Assembly (NCBI GenBank): GCA_043789035.1
Contig: JAYWIG010000039.1
Location: 2,434-66,433 of the forward strand
Source: Betaproteobacteria bacterium
Lineage (GTDB): Bacteria > Pseudomonadota > Gammaproteobacteria > Burkholderiales > Burkholderiaceae_E
DNA length: 64,000 nt
Direction: 5' to 3'
Numbering within the stretch: position 1 is the stretch's first letter; each line of letters starts with the position of its first letter. The notes below the pieces were generated by a model. It was not told the DNA's origin, ran no database searches, and saw only the letters and a list, made by a program, of their open reading frames with translations. The position numbers and the translations under genes are program-made. Shown in pieces: positions 8,479 to 17,948 of this stretch.

Positions 8479-10761
8479 TTACCTGAACGCAGAAATAACG
8501 ATATCGGAAGTTAAAAGCTCAGGCAGCAATACTGCAGATTTTTGCCCGGCAGTTGGAAGCCAGACTTGGTACATAGGCACACCGCTACGTTTATAGCGGG
8601 CAAGCTCCTTCGTAATCGCTGCATCTCGCTTGGTCCAATCGGCGCGAAGCATAACGATCTTTTGCTCGGCAAAAAACTTCTTGACCGTATCGCCGTCGAG
8701 AACCGCCTTCTTGTTCACTTGGCAGCTCACACACCATGCGGCGGTGAAATCAACAAAAACCGGTTTGCCTTGCGCCAGCAGCTCATCAACTCGTTGCTGT
8801 GACCACACTTCCCATCCACTGTTTTTTGACACAGATGCGGTCGGGGTTGATACTGATTCACCAGCAGCGTTTGCCACCAAAGTCCCCGCAGATGCAGTTG
8901 CGATTAGCGCCACGCAAAGCAAAAACACGGCTTTGCCCGAAGAAGCTTTACTTAGCAAAGCCAAGCGCTGCCATTGGCCATACACCCAAGCAGCAAAGCC
9001 GATTGCAATCATTGAAAGAAGCAATGACAATACAGCGTCGATATCGAGCTGCTGGCCAAATACCCAAACAAGCCAAGCCGCTGTTGCAAACATTGGGAAG
9101 GCAAGAAAGTGCTTCAAAGTTTGCATCCATGCGCCAGGACGAGGCAACATTTTCGCAGCAGCAGGCACCAGTGTCAGGAGCACATATGGCAAAGCCATAC
9201 CTATGCCTAACGCCGTGAATACTGCAAACTGCACAGCCAAACTTTGCCCCAAGGTAGCGCCTAAGGCAGCTCCCATAAATGGCGCGGTACAAGGTGTTGC
9301 GACCAAAACAGCCAATGCACCAGAGCCAATTTCAGATAATGCCGATTGCTGCCTAACCACCATGTTCGACCTCGTTAACGAGATTCCAACTTCGAAAACA
9401 CCCGTCAGATTCAAACCAATCAACGCAAAGAGCCAAGCCATTGCGACAACGAACCAAGGTGATTGCAGCTGAAACCCCCAACCAACGGATTGTCCAGCAC
9501 TTTGAAACAAAACCATCAGCAACGCCAAGCCCCAAAACGAGGCGATAACTCCAAGAGCAAATAAAAGTGCGGCGCTTAATCTAGTTTTTGAGGTTGCACC
9601 GCTGTGACTTGCAAAACCGAGAATTTTTAGGCCCAGCACCGGAAACACGCAGGGCATTAAATTTAAGATGAGTCCACCGACAAAAGCAAAAACCAAGGTC
9701 AGGATTAACGGCTGATCGACCACTACCGGGGTTACGCTATTGTTGGTTCCACTTAGTTTCGCGGCAGATTCATTCCTTGGGCCGAGATATTGGCTAACTA
9801 ATATAGCACCCTGCGAATTAATCCACTTGCTCGTCCTCTTCGCCGAAACTTCCAGACCTTTCCCGTTAACGATGAGTAACCCCTCAAGCGAATCAGGTAA
9901 CTTTACCGAGTCAGACCACTTGGCTTCTATATTCAAAGTCGGCGAAGCGCTAACACTTGAATCCAAGTACACTTTCATCACACCAGCGGGTTGCAACATC
10001 TCTGGTTGATAGGGGAAAAAATCGATCTCCTGATCAGGTTTTGCTTCGACTACCAAGCCGGTGCCATTCAATGGGAGTCTAATTTTTGCGGCATTAGTGT
10101 CCGCAGAAAAACTTGCTTTTAAAGCCTCCCGGGCTTGATCGGCATTTTGAACTGCCGTTTGATGAGCGCGATCGAAAAGCGCCTTGTGCACTGTCTGCTT
10201 GCCACCTTCAGCGCCACCTATTGCGAGCGCGAGATCAGCTTCACCGGGAATGCAGACATCCTTGCACATCAGCCACTGCACTTTGGCTGTAATGGTTGTT
10301 ATCGTTGTAAAGTTCGCTGCGTTGTCAGGAACAGAAAGCTTTACAGGTAACAGCAAAGTTCCTTCGTAACCAAAGTTCACTAACGGGCCGATGGGAATGC
10401 GCTTGGGCACCGGCCACTCGATAGCGCCGGCTTTCCATTGCTCTGGAAGCTTCCACTGAATTTCGGTTGGAAGGCCACTATCACCTGGATTGCGCCAATA
10501 TGTGTGCCAATGAGGATCGTGTTTTAGTAGAAGCCCGATCTTTAATGGTTCGCCTGACGGCGGCTTGCCGTCGTAATTACTTACCAGCTGAACCTCGACC
10601 GCATCGACCTTTACTGGGGCTGTACTAGTTTGTTTCGAAGCGCCGTTACCTCTCTGAACGCCCGGCATTTCAATCGCAGCATTCGAACTATCAGCGCCGA
10701 AAATTACAAAAACCAAGTAAAGCGGCAAAAAATTGCAGAAAAAACGTGAAAATCTATTCAT
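8479..10761 (-). CDS. DsbD/ScsB-family thiol:disulfide reductase (long form)
   Basis: The N-terminal domain carries HWHTYWRNPGDSGLP. The CcdA-like membrane core has MPCVFPVL and ATPCTAPF. The C-terminal thioredoxin domain has the WCVSC active site. Confidence 0.85.
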   Translation of the reverse strand: MNRFSRFFCNFLPLYLVFVIFGADSSNAAIEMPGVQRGNGASKQTSTAPVKVDAVEVQLVSNYDGKPPSGEPLKIGLLLKHDPHWHTYWRNPGDSGLPTEIQWKLPEQWKAGAIEWPVPKRIPIGPLVNFGYEGTLLLPVKLSVPDNAANFTTITTITAKVQWLMCKDVCIPGEADLALAIGGAEGGKQTVHKALFDRAHQTAVQNADQAREALKASFSADTNAAKIRLPLNGTGLVVEAKPDQEIDFFPYQPEMLQPAGVMKVYLDSSVSASPTLNIEAKWSDSVKLPDSLEGLLIVNGKGLEVSAKRTSKWINSQGAILVSQYLGPRNESAAKLSGTNNSVTPVVVDQPLILTLVFAFVGGLILNLMPCVFPVLGLKILGFASHSGATSKTRLSAALLFALGVIASFWGLALLMVLFQSAGQSVGWGFQLQSPWFVVAMAWLFALIGLNLTGVFEVGISLTRSNMVVRQQSALSEIGSGALAVLVATPCTAPFMGAALGATLGQSLAVQFAVFTALGIGMALPYVLLTLVPAAAKMLPRPGAWMQTLKHFLAFPMFATAAWLVWVFGQQLDIDAVLSLLLSMIAIGFAAWVYGQWQRLALLSKASSGKAVFLLCVALIATASAGTLVANAAGESVSTPTASVSKNSGWEVWSQQRVDELLAQGKPVFVDFTAAWCVSCQVNKKAVLDGDTVKKFFAEQKIVMLRADWTKRDAAITKELARYKRSGVPMYQVWLPTAGQKSAVLLPELLTSDIVISAFR

Positions 10762-10824
10762 AGAGTGCTGATGTTAATCAATTACAAGGGTAAATGGGCA
10801 GTTAAGCGACTTGACCAACCGTGT

Positions 10825-11052
10825 ATGAGTACCTACCATCATGAAATGGATCAAGAAATTCAAGGACTTGGCGAACAAATTGAACGTTTGTTGGCAATAA
10901 CGCGCAAGCTAGGCGACGAGAACTCGCAGCTTAAAGCGCAGCTCAACTCTGCCCTATCAACCAACGATGGCATGAAGCAACGAATGGCAGATGCGAGGGC
11001 TAGGGTCGAATCCGCACTGTCTCGCTTGCCATTAGTATCGGATGAGGCATAA
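10825..11052 (+). CDS. Small coiled-coil protein (TIGR02449-like) upstream of zapA
   Basis: A heptad-rich segment reads EIQGLGEQIERLLAITRKLGDENSQLKAQL. The position immediately 5' of zapA is conserved in proteobacteria. The start is ambiguous (ATG at 10825 or 10846); the ORF-track 10765 start would abut the divergent dsbD start. Confidence 0.5.
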   Translation: MSTYHHEMDQEIQGLGEQIERLLAITRKLGDENSQLKAQLNSALSTNDGMKQRMADARARVESALSRLPLVSDEA

Positions 11053-11061
11053 GGGGCGAAC

Positions 11062-11367
11062 GTGATGGAACAACTAGGCGTAAAAATCCTTGATCGCGAA
11101 TACAAGCTCGCAGTAAAACCAGAAGAAAAAGATCGTTTGTTAGACGCTGTGAGTATCGTCGACGACAAAATGCGCTCCTTACGTGACGCAGGCAAGATTG
11201 TCGGGTTAGAAAGAATTGCAGTAATGGCCGCTTTGCAGTTAGCGCACGAGCTGCTTGGTTCGCAAGCCCCAGGTGCTGCCAATACTTCCGGCGATTTGCA
11301 ACGAAAAATTCGTCGCATGACAGCCGATATAGAAGCGGAGATCAAACGGCAGGAACGTTTGTTCTAA
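11062..11367 (+). CDS. zapA: Cell division protein ZapA
   Basis: 101 aa with the typical ZapA pattern ILDREYKLAV..EEKDRLLDAV..VDDKMRSLRD...ERIAVMAALQLAHEL. It is followed by a 6S RNA, as in many proteobacteria. Confidence 0.85.
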   Translation: MMEQLGVKILDREYKLAVKPEEKDRLLDAVSIVDDKMRSLRDAGKIVGLERIAVMAALQLAHELLGSQAPGAANTSGDLQRKIRRMTADIEAEIKRQERLF

Positions 11368-11403
11368 GCAACGAGTTTTTACGCAAATGCAGGAGTAAAA
11401 TAG

Positions 11404-11592
11404 AATCTGCCCTGCGGTGTACGAGTAGAGCCAATCATTCCTTGAACCAATGCTTATAGCAAACAGGCTGTGGTGATTAGCGTGTTTTACTGTTGTGATT
11501 GTCCCTCGCGGACGAACCTGATGTAGAGCCCACTGCGGCCGACCTGAACCCCGGTTCAGGATGCTGGCTAGACGGCACAGGCGGGGCACCCT
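11404..11592 (+). ncRNA. ssrS: 6S RNA
   Basis: It lies directly 3' of zapA. The 5' UGCCCUGC pairs with the 3' GCGGGGCA to form the closing stem. An internal hairpin GAACCCCGGUUCAGG resembles the E. coli 6S 3'-arm hairpin. A T8 run follows at 11592-11599. The ends are approximate. Confidence 0.7.
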
Positions 11593-11633
11593 TTTTTTTA
11601 GGCTTATTGGCTCAATACCTTTCGAAAGTCGAT

Positions 11634-12458
11634 GTGGATCTAAGTATCGTGGCGCTTATGCTCTTGCTAGGCGCGGTCACCGGCGTTTTGGCGGGTCTAT
11701 TGGGTATTGGCGGTGGAATGATCATGGTGCCGTTTATGTCGGCCCTGATCATTCACGAAGGCTTACCTGCAAACAATGCCACGAAGGTAGCCATCGCAAC
11801 ATCTCTCGCAACCATACTATTTACTTCCCTTTCCAGCGTTTGGGCGCATCACAAGCGTGGTGCGGTTCAGTGGGGAGTCGTAAAAGCGCTTGCCCCAGGC
11901 ATTGTTATAGGTGGCTTAATTGCAGCGCAATTCGCAGCGCTTGCAAAAGATAGCTGGATGTCCATTTTCTTTGCGATATTTGTTGGCTATATGGCTATAC
12001 AAATGCTGAGAACAAGAAAGCCATCTGCTGCGGCATTAGCCGAAACTCAATCATTACCTTCATTTTCTACGCTCACCGGAGTGGGCGCACTGATTGGTGG
12101 CCTTTCTTCGCTAGTCGGCGCGGGAGGCGGATTTATGACCGTACCATTTCTCGTAAGCAAAGGCGTCAAAATGCCGCATGCAGTGGCTACCAGCGCTGCT
12201 TGCGGCTTTCCCATAGCGCTTGCAGGGACCATTGGCTATGTTATCTCTGGTTGGCATTTAAACATCTCACCAAGTGCTATCGGCTTCATTTATCTACCTG
12301 CTCTACTTATAGTTTCGCTGGCTAGCATGGCAACCGCACCTTTGGGTGCGAAGATGGCATCTACTTTGCCAGTGGCAACTTTGAAAAAAGCCTTCGGCAC
12401 AATGCTTCTGGGTGTTGCTATCTACATGCTATGGAAAGGCATTTCGGCTAGCCATTAA
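11634..12458 (+). CDS. TauE/SafE-family (DUF81) anion exporter
   Basis: A polytopic protein with duplicated GxGGG motifs (LLGIGGGMIMVP and LVGAGGGFMTVP). The start was moved from 11499 to the in-frame GTG at 11634 because the first 135 nt overlap the 6S RNA and its T-run. The ATG at 11658 is an alternative. Confidence 0.75.
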   Translation: MDLSIVALMLLLGAVTGVLAGLLGIGGGMIMVPFMSALIIHEGLPANNATKVAIATSLATILFTSLSSVWAHHKRGAVQWGVVKALAPGIVIGGLIAAQFAALAKDSWMSIFFAIFVGYMAIQMLRTRKPSAAALAETQSLPSFSTLTGVGALIGGLSSLVGAGGGFMTVPFLVSKGVKMPHAVATSAACGFPIALAGTIGYVISGWHLNISPSAIGFIYLPALLIVSLASMATAPLGAKMASTLPVATLKKAFGTMLLGVAIYMLWKGISASH

Positions 12459-12485
12459 AAAAGGACTGCGAACAGTCCTTTTAAC
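12457..12485. terminator. Bidirectional rho-independent terminator between convergent genes
   Basis: AAAAAGGACTG-cgaa-CAGTCCTTTTA: a perfect 7-bp stem (12462-12468 / 12473-12479) flanked by an A-run and a T-run. Confidence 0.75.
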
Positions 12486-12506
12486 TATATTGGAATTCTC
12501 TATCGC

Positions 12507-13550
12507 TTAATCGAGCTTAGCGCCAGAATCTTTTACCACTTTAGCCCAACGCTTAACTTCGCCATCAATAAGTTTTGCAAACGGCTCCGGACCTTCGCCA
12601 CCCATTTCAGCACCTAATGCAGCCCAGGCGTCTTTTATTTCTTTGGTCTGCATCGCTTTTTGAATCTCAGTAACGAGCTTAGTAGCAATGTCTTTCGGAA
12701 TACCAACCGGTGCCCATAAGCCATACCAAGTCCGAGCCTCGAACCCCTTAACACCAGCTTCTTGCATCGTCGGGAGGTTCGGCAAAGCTGGTGAGCGCTG
12801 AGCGGAAGTTACTGCCAAGGCAACAATTTTGCCCGATTTAATGTGCGGCATGGACCCTGCCAAACCATCGAACATAAAGTCGACTTGGCCCGCCATTAGA
12901 TCGGCAAGCGCCGGGCCTGCACCGCGATACGGCACATGGACTGCAAATGATCTAGTCATGGTTTTATACATCTCGGCAACCAAATGCTGTGACGTTCCAT
13001 TGCCGACGGAGGCATAGTTGTATTTGCCAGGGTTCGTCTTTATGGCACGCATGAACTCGCCGATATCCTTCATTGGCATGCGATCAGGATTCACCACTAC
13101 GACGTTTGGCACATACGACACGGCAGTTAGCGGCATCATGTCCTTTTGCAAGTTATATGGCAAACGAGGGTACATGCTCACGGCGATCGTGTGATGCACT
13201 GCACCCATAATGATTGTGTAGCCATCTGCTGCAGATTTCGCTGCCTGATCCATTCCCAAAGTGCCACCAGCACCGCCCTTATTATCGATAACGATGGTTT
13301 GGCCCATTTGTTGGGTTAGTACTTTGGCTAAAGGACGTGCGAAAGCATCGGTACCACCTCCTGGTGGAAATGGAACGATCATCCGAATTGGCTTATTCGG
13401 GTAATTCGAAGCTTGAGCAGCAACTTGCGTGCTCAAACCTGCTGCGCTTAAAGCACCAAGGGATGTTGCTGCGTTCACTAAAGAACGTCGACGCGCTTGT
13501 TTGGGGGTTAGCCCTTGACTTGATTCTGAGGTTTTTTTACTTATGGCCAT
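12507..13550 (-). CDS. Bug-family (TctC-like) tripartite tricarboxylate transporter substrate-binding protein
   Basis: It has a Tat-like signal (KQARRRSLVNAATSLGAL) and the Bug hallmarks YPNKPIRMIVPFPPGGGTD and VPYRGAGPALADL. Confidence 0.9.
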   Translation of the reverse strand: MAISKKTSESSQGLTPKQARRRSLVNAATSLGALSAAGLSTQVAAQASNYPNKPIRMIVPFPPGGGTDAFARPLAKVLTQQMGQTIVIDNKGGAGGTLGMDQAAKSAADGYTIIMGAVHHTIAVSMYPRLPYNLQKDMMPLTAVSYVPNVVVVNPDRMPMKDIGEFMRAIKTNPGKYNYASVGNGTSQHLVAEMYKTMTRSFAVHVPYRGAGPALADLMAGQVDFMFDGLAGSMPHIKSGKIVALAVTSAQRSPALPNLPTMQEAGVKGFEARTWYGLWAPVGIPKDIATKLVTEIQKAMQTKEIKDAWAALGAEMGGEGPEPFAKLIDGEVKRWAKVVKDSGAKLD

Positions 13551-13586
13551 AGTGTCTCCTTACAACTTAAAAAATTATTTTGATGT

Positions 13587-14921
13587 CTAAACGCTGTTCG
13601 ATAAAGCCTTTGAAACAGGCACTTCACCAGCAATAAACGATTCGTGATTACTTTCAATTTCATCTAGATCATAAAGATAATTGACCATAGCACCACATGA
13701 CTGTTTTAAACCTTTTTTGGACAGATCGGCGGTCACATTGACCCGCTCAAGCCTTGCTCCGTTGTTTAAATGGAATCTCGCGACTGGGTCACTAGCGACG
13801 CTATTTGAAGATTTGGTATGCATCAAGTAGTAAGCGGCCAACCTTTGTAACATTTTTTGATCTTGCTCATTAGCTTCCAATTTGCTCAAATCGCCACCAC
13901 TTTTTTGCCTTAATGCAACGATACCCAAGTTGAGCTGTTTAAGGCTCAATGGTTTTACAAGTTCACTTTGCAAAGGCTCAGTTTTTAGTAACCAATGGGC
14001 GAAAGTAGGAATAGGCGATAACGTGCAGAAAGTAGAAAGCTTAGGAAACTCTTTTTTCAATTCCTCGGCAACTCGCTTGATCAAAAAATTCCCTAAATTG
14101 ACCCCTTTTAAACCAAGCTGGCAATTCGATATGGAATAAAAAGTTGCGATTTTATACTGGTTTTCATTCGCTTCAGGACTCAAGTTCCTATCGAGCAGAG
14201 GCCCAATTGCGGATGGCATGCTTTTTACCAGTGCAACCTCAACAAAAATTAACGGCTCATTGGGCCAAACTGGGTGAAAAAACACGAACAGGCGTCTATC
14301 TGGTTGCAACCTTCGACGCAAATCATTCCAGCCATCAATCTCGTGCACGGCTTCGTGATGAATGATTTTTTCGAGCAACATCGCCGGCGAGTTCCAATCG
14401 ACTTTTGCCAACGTCAAAAAGCCAGGGTTGAACCACGAGCCCAGCAAATGCTCTAAATCAGAATCAACGGCAATCAGTCGATTTTGCTGCCTGATCGTTC
14501 GCATTTGCTCGAGCAATTCTGCGCGTAACTTGACGATTGCACCAGTTGCACCTGGCGCACGATTCAAACGCCTTAGTAACTCTTGGCGCGGAGGTTCTGC
14601 TGCTCTTGAAAGTTTAATCAAATTCTCAGGCGAACGATTGACCGCGTAGGCTTCAGCTAGCTGCAATACTTCACCCGGATCAGGGTCAAAATTATTCGCT
14701 AGCACCTCGAAGAACCGCTGCCTGCCCTCGACTGACAAATGCGAATAGTGCTCTAAGGCACGGGTTGCTATGGCCACACTGTTGGCTTCACCGCGCTCTG
14801 ACAAAAGCTGCTTGCAATCATCAATCAATCGCGTGAGCTCAACTCTCTCGCGAGCGTTACGCCTAACCTGTTTTATCTTCTCGAACAAAGATACGCCCCT
14901 AACGCAATCATCGGTAGGCAA
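13587..14921 (-). CDS. Malonyl-CoA decarboxylase family protein
   Basis: 444 aa with MCD-like C-terminal catalytic-domain motifs [24 protein letters not shown] and [12 protein letters not shown]. The first ~49 nt overlap the 3' end of lgt, so the start is uncertain. Confidence 0.8.
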   Translation of the reverse strand: MPTDDCVRGVSLFEKIKQVRRNARERVELTRLIDDCKQLLSERGEANSVAIATRALEHYSHLSVEGRQRFFEVLANNFDPDPGEVLQLAEAYAVNRSPENLIKLSRAAEPPRQELLRRLNRAPGATGAIVKLRAELLEQMRTIRQQNRLIAVDSDLEHLLGSWFNPGFLTLAKVDWNSPAMLLEKIIHHEAVHEIDGWNDLRRRLQPDRRLFVFFHPVWPNEPLIFVEVALVKSMPSAIGPLLDRNLSPEANENQYKIATFYSISNCQLGLKGVNLGNFLIKRVAEELKKEFPKLSTFCTLSPIPTFAHWLLKTEPLQSELVKPLSLKQLNLGIVALRQKSGGDLSKLEANEQDQKMLQRLAAYYLMHTKSSNSVASDPVARFHLNNGARLERVNVTADLSKKGLKQSCGAMVNYLYDLDEIESNHESFIAGEVPVSKALSNSV

Positions 14922-15652
14922 AGTAACTGCCCCATCGAAAAGCCCATGGCGAGCAAACCTAAGTGTTTATCCGGCTCACGAGCGTACTCAACCACAAATC
15001 GACAAATGCCATAGCCAATCAAAAACATGCCTGCAACATGCCCTGCTGGGCGAGGTTTTTTCGAGTACCACCACAAGAACAAGAAGAGCAAAACGCCCTC
15101 TCCAGCGAACTGATATAGCTGCGAAGGATGGCGAACAATGTTGTCATTGGCCTGCGGAAAAATCATGCCCCAAGGCACAGTCGTTTCCCGCCCCCAAAGC
15201 TCTCCGTTGATAAAGTTGCCCATTCGTCCAGCAGCTAGGCCGGCAGGAATGAGCGGAGCAACGAAATCCATCACCCGTAAGTAGTTCAGCTTGCCGCGCC
15301 GACAAAAAAGTAATAGCGCTAAACTCACTCCAATTAATCCACCATGGAACGACATGCCACCTTCCCAGATCGCAAACGCTTTCCAAGGGGCACTGACATA
15401 GTCCATGGGCTTGTAAAACAGCACGTAGCCCAAGCGCCCTCCGAGCACAACGCCAATCGCACCCCAAAACAAAAGATCTTCCAAGGCTTTCGCGTCAAGG
15501 CCAGAAGCGCTGGAGAACTGCGCCTGCTTAAGCCGTTGACGCCCTAAGAAATAAAAAAGCGCAAAGGCAGTTAAGTACATTAACCCGTACCAGCGTACAG
15601 CGAGCGGGCCAATTGAAATGGCTATGGGGTCGAATTGAGGATGGACAAGCAT
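14873..15652 (-). CDS. lgt: Prolipoprotein diacylglyceryl transferase
   Basis: The motifs [32 protein letters not shown] and [14 protein letters not shown] are canonical Lgt. Confidence 0.9.
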   Translation of the reverse strand: MLVHPQFDPIAISIGPLAVRWYGLMYLTAFALFYFLGRQRLKQAQFSSASGLDAKALEDLLFWGAIGVVLGGRLGYVLFYKPMDYVSAPWKAFAIWEGGMSFHGGLIGVSLALLLFCRRGKLNYLRVMDFVAPLIPAGLAAGRMGNFINGELWGRETTVPWGMIFPQANDNIVRHPSQLYQFAGEGVLLFLFLWWYSKKPRPAGHVAGMFLIGYGICRFVVEYAREPDKHLGLLAMGFSMGQLLCLPMIALGAYLCSRR

Positions 15653-15957
15653 GTATGCGTCAATGAACTAGGGAAAGACTCAAATTCTATCGGGCTGGAT
15701 GGCGAAATAGAGCAGTGTTGTTTTTATGGGGACTCGGATAAAAAAATCTAACGGCAAACACACCCCCAAAACCTATTTTGTTTGGATTGTTCGAACTTCA
15801 ATTATTGGCATCAAGAAGGAAGCAGTGGCCCCGACCACTTGTCGGGGTCACGTTGACCGGACAAGCTCCAAATAGCCAGAATTAAGGATAGAAAAGTGTT
15901 AAGGCAACTGGATCGCTCGCTCCAATGGCGATTCGGCAGATTTTAACGAACAAACAC

Positions 15958-17934
15958 ATGAAGTTTATTAGCCAGTTACCAGGACCCATTAAATCGCTAC
16001 GCTTTAAGCGGGCTGTAGCTTTACGCCTATCGATGGCAGCCGTATTTGTTTGCCTTACAGGCTGCGCAGCCGCTCCTGCAACTACGGGTGTTAGCGTACG
16101 GGACACTACTGCGGAACCAAGCCTAGGCTACTTCATTCCCCAAAATACTTTTAGCCAACAAAAACCTAGTTTGCAGGTAGCTTTACCGCAGACATACCCA
16201 CCTCTTTCTACTTCAGAAACGCTAAAACCGTTTACAGCAAAAGTGGTTTTGTATGTTTCTACTACTACTCAGAATTACCTTAATAACGGTAACCTAGATG
16301 CTGGCTACGCACCACAGGTCTGGGAAGTGTTCCTAAAAAAATACAAAATCCCCTACCAAGTTGTCACGAGTATAGGGGACCTAGAGACCACGAGCACCGG
16401 CGTTCTGGTCTTACCTTCATCCGTCGCCTTATCCATAAGAGAGCGACATGCGATAGCCAGTTTTCGTGCGCGTGGCGGAAGCGTCTTAGCAACGTGGCTC
16501 TGCGGAGTAAGAGACGATACTGGCAATTGGGTTGGTTTCGACTTCATGGAAAAGACGCTTGACGCAAAGGTTGTCGGAGATACTTCAAAGGATAAGCACG
16601 ATAATTTTTTAATGCCCAACGGTGACAGCCCGATTTCGAACGCCTTGCCCGCGGGCCGCAGAGTCTGGTTGGAAAGAGCCAAAGAATGGTACCCATTGCG
16701 GTTAGCTGGTCGAAATAGCGCTGCACACATCATGGACTGGTCACGCACATTCGACGTCGACAAAGAAACTAGTGTCATCGTTTTTGACGAGCGGCCTTTA
16801 GACCAAAGCGGAGCTTCTCGCAGCGTTGTGATTGGCTATCCCGAAAGGCTTTGGCAAAGTGCAAACCCTGAACACATAGAAGCGATAAACTATGATGCCA
16901 TTATGTGGCTACTTAGACTTCCAAGCGCCTACAAAGTGGCCTGGCCCGCACCGTTTACGAGCGCAACCGCAATCACCATAGATGCTGCAGAAGTAATCGC
17001 TGCGCCCGATATGAGCATCGCAGATCTTATAGAAAAGACTGGTGCAAAAGCAACCTACTACAGTGTTGCTGAACACGTTCCAAAATCGGTAAAGAACCTA
17101 GTTGAGTTGCAAAAGCGAGGACATGAACTTGGCTTTATGGGGGATTCGTTTAATGGCTTCGAAGGGCAATCGCCGGCAATTCAAGCTATGCGCCTTGAAA
17201 AAATGAAGCAAAAATTTAAAGACGCAGGCCTGTCGATGCCAGCTAACCCCGGCTTTCATGCTCCGACCGAATCCTACGACAAGAACACGGTAGAACTGCT
17301 TTTGAAAAGAGGATTTGGCCATTATGTTTCGTTCATGGATGCGACAGATTCAAGGCTCCCGTTTATTGCGCCTACAGGTAACAATGCAGCAACAAACACC
17401 GCCTCAATCTCGACAGTTGTTCTGCCCCGAACCCAGCGCGGGCCTGAAGACGCAACCGAAGAAGGTGTTGTTGACGACGGCTTAAAGTCATTTTTCGCAG
17501 AACTCACGCTCGCAGAGAAAATGGGCGGCTTATCCGTCGTTCGATTACCTACTCAGAGCCTATTACCCATAGAAGAGTGGACAAAAGTCTTTAAGGACTT
17601 TGAAACTCGCAAAAATAGGATGTGGATGCCGACTGGCGCAACCATTGCCCATTGGTGGCGTGAGCGTGAACGAGTCAATGCAAAAATTGAAGGAATATCG
17701 AGTTCACCAGAATTAAAAGTTGAAATCATAGGCACAACGACTCTCGAGAAAGACGTTGTGGTGTGGGTGAACTTACCGACTTCAGGAAGTACGCTAACGA
17801 TGATCAACTCCGATTCATCAACGGCCTCCGACCCTTTGCCAAAAGTGTTCCGAGTAGACCAATGGCGAGCAGGAATACTGCTGGTCAACTTGAAACCCGG
17901 CAGCCACCGCTGGCGCTTACAGTTCAAAAGTTAA
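15958..17934 (+). CDS. Lipoprotein: conserved N-terminal domain plus a CE4/NodB-like polysaccharide-deacetylase-fold domain with degenerate active-site motifs
   Basis: The lipobox is VCLTGC. It is a paralog of 35368-37221, sharing GVLVLPSxVALS...GGSVLATW, VVLPRTQR and HWWRxRxR. The deacetylase motif positions read TIDAAE / GFMGDSF / FHAPTESY, so the His-His pair and the Arg are missing. Confidence 0.6.
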   Translation: MKFISQLPGPIKSLRFKRAVALRLSMAAVFVCLTGCAAAPATTGVSVRDTTAEPSLGYFIPQNTFSQQKPSLQVALPQTYPPLSTSETLKPFTAKVVLYVSTTTQNYLNNGNLDAGYAPQVWEVFLKKYKIPYQVVTSIGDLETTSTGVLVLPSSVALSIRERHAIASFRARGGSVLATWLCGVRDDTGNWVGFDFMEKTLDAKVVGDTSKDKHDNFLMPNGDSPISNALPAGRRVWLERAKEWYPLRLAGRNSAAHIMDWSRTFDVDKETSVIVFDERPLDQSGASRSVVIGYPERLWQSANPEHIEAINYDAIMWLLRLPSAYKVAWPAPFTSATAITIDAAEVIAAPDMSIADLIEKTGAKATYYSVAEHVPKSVKNLVELQKRGHELGFMGDSFNGFEGQSPAIQAMRLEKMKQKFKDAGLSMPANPGFHAPTESYDKNTVELLLKRGFGHYVSFMDATDSRLPFIAPTGNNAATNTASISTVVLPRTQRGPEDATEEGVVDDGLKSFFAELTLAEKMGGLSVVRLPTQSLLPIEEWTKVFKDFETRKNRMWMPTGATIAHWWRERERVNAKIEGISSSPELKVEIIGTTTLEKDVVVWVNLPTSGSTLTMINSDSSTASDPLPKVFRVDQWRAGILLVNLKPGSHRWRLQFKS

Positions 17935-17948
17935 AAGTTAGAAATTCA

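Noticed and set aside
8630-9472. 280-aa plus-strand ORF, together with 8799-9218 and 8948-9292
   Set aside because: It lies entirely antisense to or inside the well-supported DsbD/ScsB gene. The translation is low-complexity and Ala/Ser/Thr-rich with no recognisable motif, which is typical of a shadow ORF.
10975-10995. GGTCGAATCC resembling a tRNA T-loop
   Set aside because: It is inside the coiled-coil CDS, has no acceptor or anticodon arms around it, and lacks the full GGTTCGAATCC.
10860-11345. 161-aa minus-strand ORF
   Set aside because: It runs antisense to zapA and the TIGR02449-like gene. The product is Ser/Ala-rich and low-complexity, and the plus-strand genes have clear family signatures.
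11499-11633. N-terminal 45 codons of the TauE ORF
   Set aside because: They overlap the 6S RNA and its T8 terminator and show no membrane-protein character.
14873-14921. 49-nt overlap between the malonyl-CoA decarboxylase start and the lgt 3' end as a possible programmed feature
   Set aside because: It is most simply explained by an over-extended start call for the decarboxylase. There is no slippery sequence or structure to suggest recoding.
15653-15957. Looked for a c-di-GMP riboswitch (GEMM-I/II) in the EPS-locus leader, and also in 30484-30777
   Set aside because: There is a GGCAAAC fragment at about 15756 but no ACGCAAAGC core or the paired-hairpin architecture. I could not support a riboswitch call by eye, so a cmsearch with RF01051/RF01786 would settle it.
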